NCBI GenBank assembly: GCA_030390025.1 | Contig: CM059438.1 | Coordinates: forward strand, 62,684,001 to 62,748,000 | Direction: 5' to 3' | From: Squalus acanthias | Taxonomy: Eukaryota | DNA length: 64,000 nucleotides | Shown: piece by piece, positions 62,621-64,000 of the stretch | Layout: every line of letters begins with the position of its first letter | Numbering within the stretch: the stretch's first letter is position 1 | Translations under genes and position numbers: made by a program | Notes under the pieces: model-generated | The model's input: the letters and a program-made list of their open reading frames with translations, nothing else | Told to the model about the DNA's origin: nothing | Database searches by the model: none

Positions 62621-63477
62621 ATTACAATTTACGCACCTTTGTTTGACAACCTATGGGCAGGCCTCAATGGAAACATTTGTTGTTGAGATCCTGCCTCATC
62701 TGGGAAACTGCTTTCAATACTTGGGGCTCTTCGGAAGGATCAATTTCACCTTCATACTCTTCATGGGCCTGCTTTACTGCTGCTGATCATCTTTGCCATG
62801 TGTCCATATGCCTGTCTCAATGGTAATATTGTGTAGATTGCAATATGCCACTATCATTTTGCCAACTTGTCTGACTCACATTGCAAGTCACCCCTAGTGC
62901 AGTCTCAACGCTGGGAGCATTGTTTCAATAGTCCCAAGCCGTGCTTCATTAGATTTCTTCTGCTGGAATGCAGTTTGTTGTGGCTCCTTTTTTGGGGAGT
63001 GCAAGTGTTCTGCAGGGCTGCCAACAGCCACATTTCAAGCAGGTGCTGATTGTCCCCAGGAGCCGACTGTGCAACATATTTTCTATCAACATCTGTGCAG
63101 AATAAACACTGTTCAGAAAATCGACAGTTCCTGGCTGAATTTTCTACTTGCAGTCTCTGCATTACGTGAGCAGAAAACCTTTCTATTGATGAAGGGGAGG
63201 ACAGCAGTGGCGCAGTACACACAGAGCATGCTGCTCTGTACCTATCTAAAAATAATCCCTCTGCTGGCCAAATCACTGCTGGTTGGTGCTGTCAAACTGT
63301 ATGTATGCAGAGCCATGCTGAAAGAGGGCACCTGTTACCTTTGTGATACAGAAATTAACTGCACACTGACTGATCTCGGTGATGTCCCCAAAGGATGTTT
63401 GGAAAGACACAGTTGCATAGACGTTTGCTCCTTAGCGGCAGGCCTGGTTGCAGGAGCTGACACAGATCAGAGATAAC

Positions 63478-64000
63478 AGCCCGGTCTTTGGTGTACTAAT
63501 AATGTCAGCGCTCACCGTTACTCCTGTACAAAACTGACAGCAACCTCTGGCATCCGCACATGCGCAGTTAAATGGGGAAATTCGGAGGTTGCTGTCCGAG
63601 ATACCCTGCTCCTCCACAGGGTGCGTTGTTGCAATCTTCACCAATGGAATCTGCACAGAAATCACTGTCATGGTGTGAACCTAGGCTAATTACCCACCAT
63701 TCTCACTCGAAAAAGTTAGGGCTTGTTTAATCAGGAGTAACTGCGTTTTTAACGGAGTAGTAAGTGATAATTACTGCTGAACAACCTCTCTGGCCCAGAA
63801 AAATTAATTTGACAAGTGTGAAGTCTCAGTCCCTCAGAAGAAAATTAATGTTGCAGATTTAAAAAAAATTAAATTAAAATATTTTTTTTAATAGTTGTTC
63901 TGTTTTGTTCTTCTATATCTTTCCCTTAATCCCATGTGCATGTCCTAATCTTTATTTCACTTCCTGTACAATGATTTAAATGTGAATTATATGTCCTGTT
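63478..64000 (+). mobile_element. MITE family M3-like element running off the window end
   Basis: Colinear with 11310-11760 (cagcgctcaccgtta...gttgctgtccgagataccctgct...ccctcagaagaaaattaa). Confidence 0.7.

Overview
Eukaryotic, repeat-saturated genomic DNA with no confidently identifiable host gene. The repeat spectrum (CR1 and L2 LINEs, Deu-domain tRNA SINEs, an HE1-like V-SINE, Penelope-like elements) points to a cartilaginous fish (shark/ray; inference). The centrepiece is a 4.4-kb, almost intact PIF/Harbinger DNA transposon (51664-56061). It carries a three-exon Myb/SANT-like gene and a convergent DDE transposase with one premature stop, and it is inserted into a nearly complete CR1 LINE (SGNH-esterase ORF1 plus APE-RT ORF2). 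Around it are two 893-bp non-autonomous derivatives, at least three further Harbinger-type MITE families and several decayed Harbinger gene remnants. One ~750-bp MITE family (five copies) keeps internal hairpins through compensatory substitutions and carries a one-strand array of AG|GT and GTAAGT splice signals. Two Penelope-like families carry minimal hammerhead ribozymes, often as short palindromic insertions with 10-14 bp TSDs. Also present: a 110 x 33-bp minisatellite, a CT/CA compound satellite, two short solo LTRs and a Gypsy pol remnant. All calls come from reading the sequence; no database search was run, and the boundaries of decayed elements are approximate.
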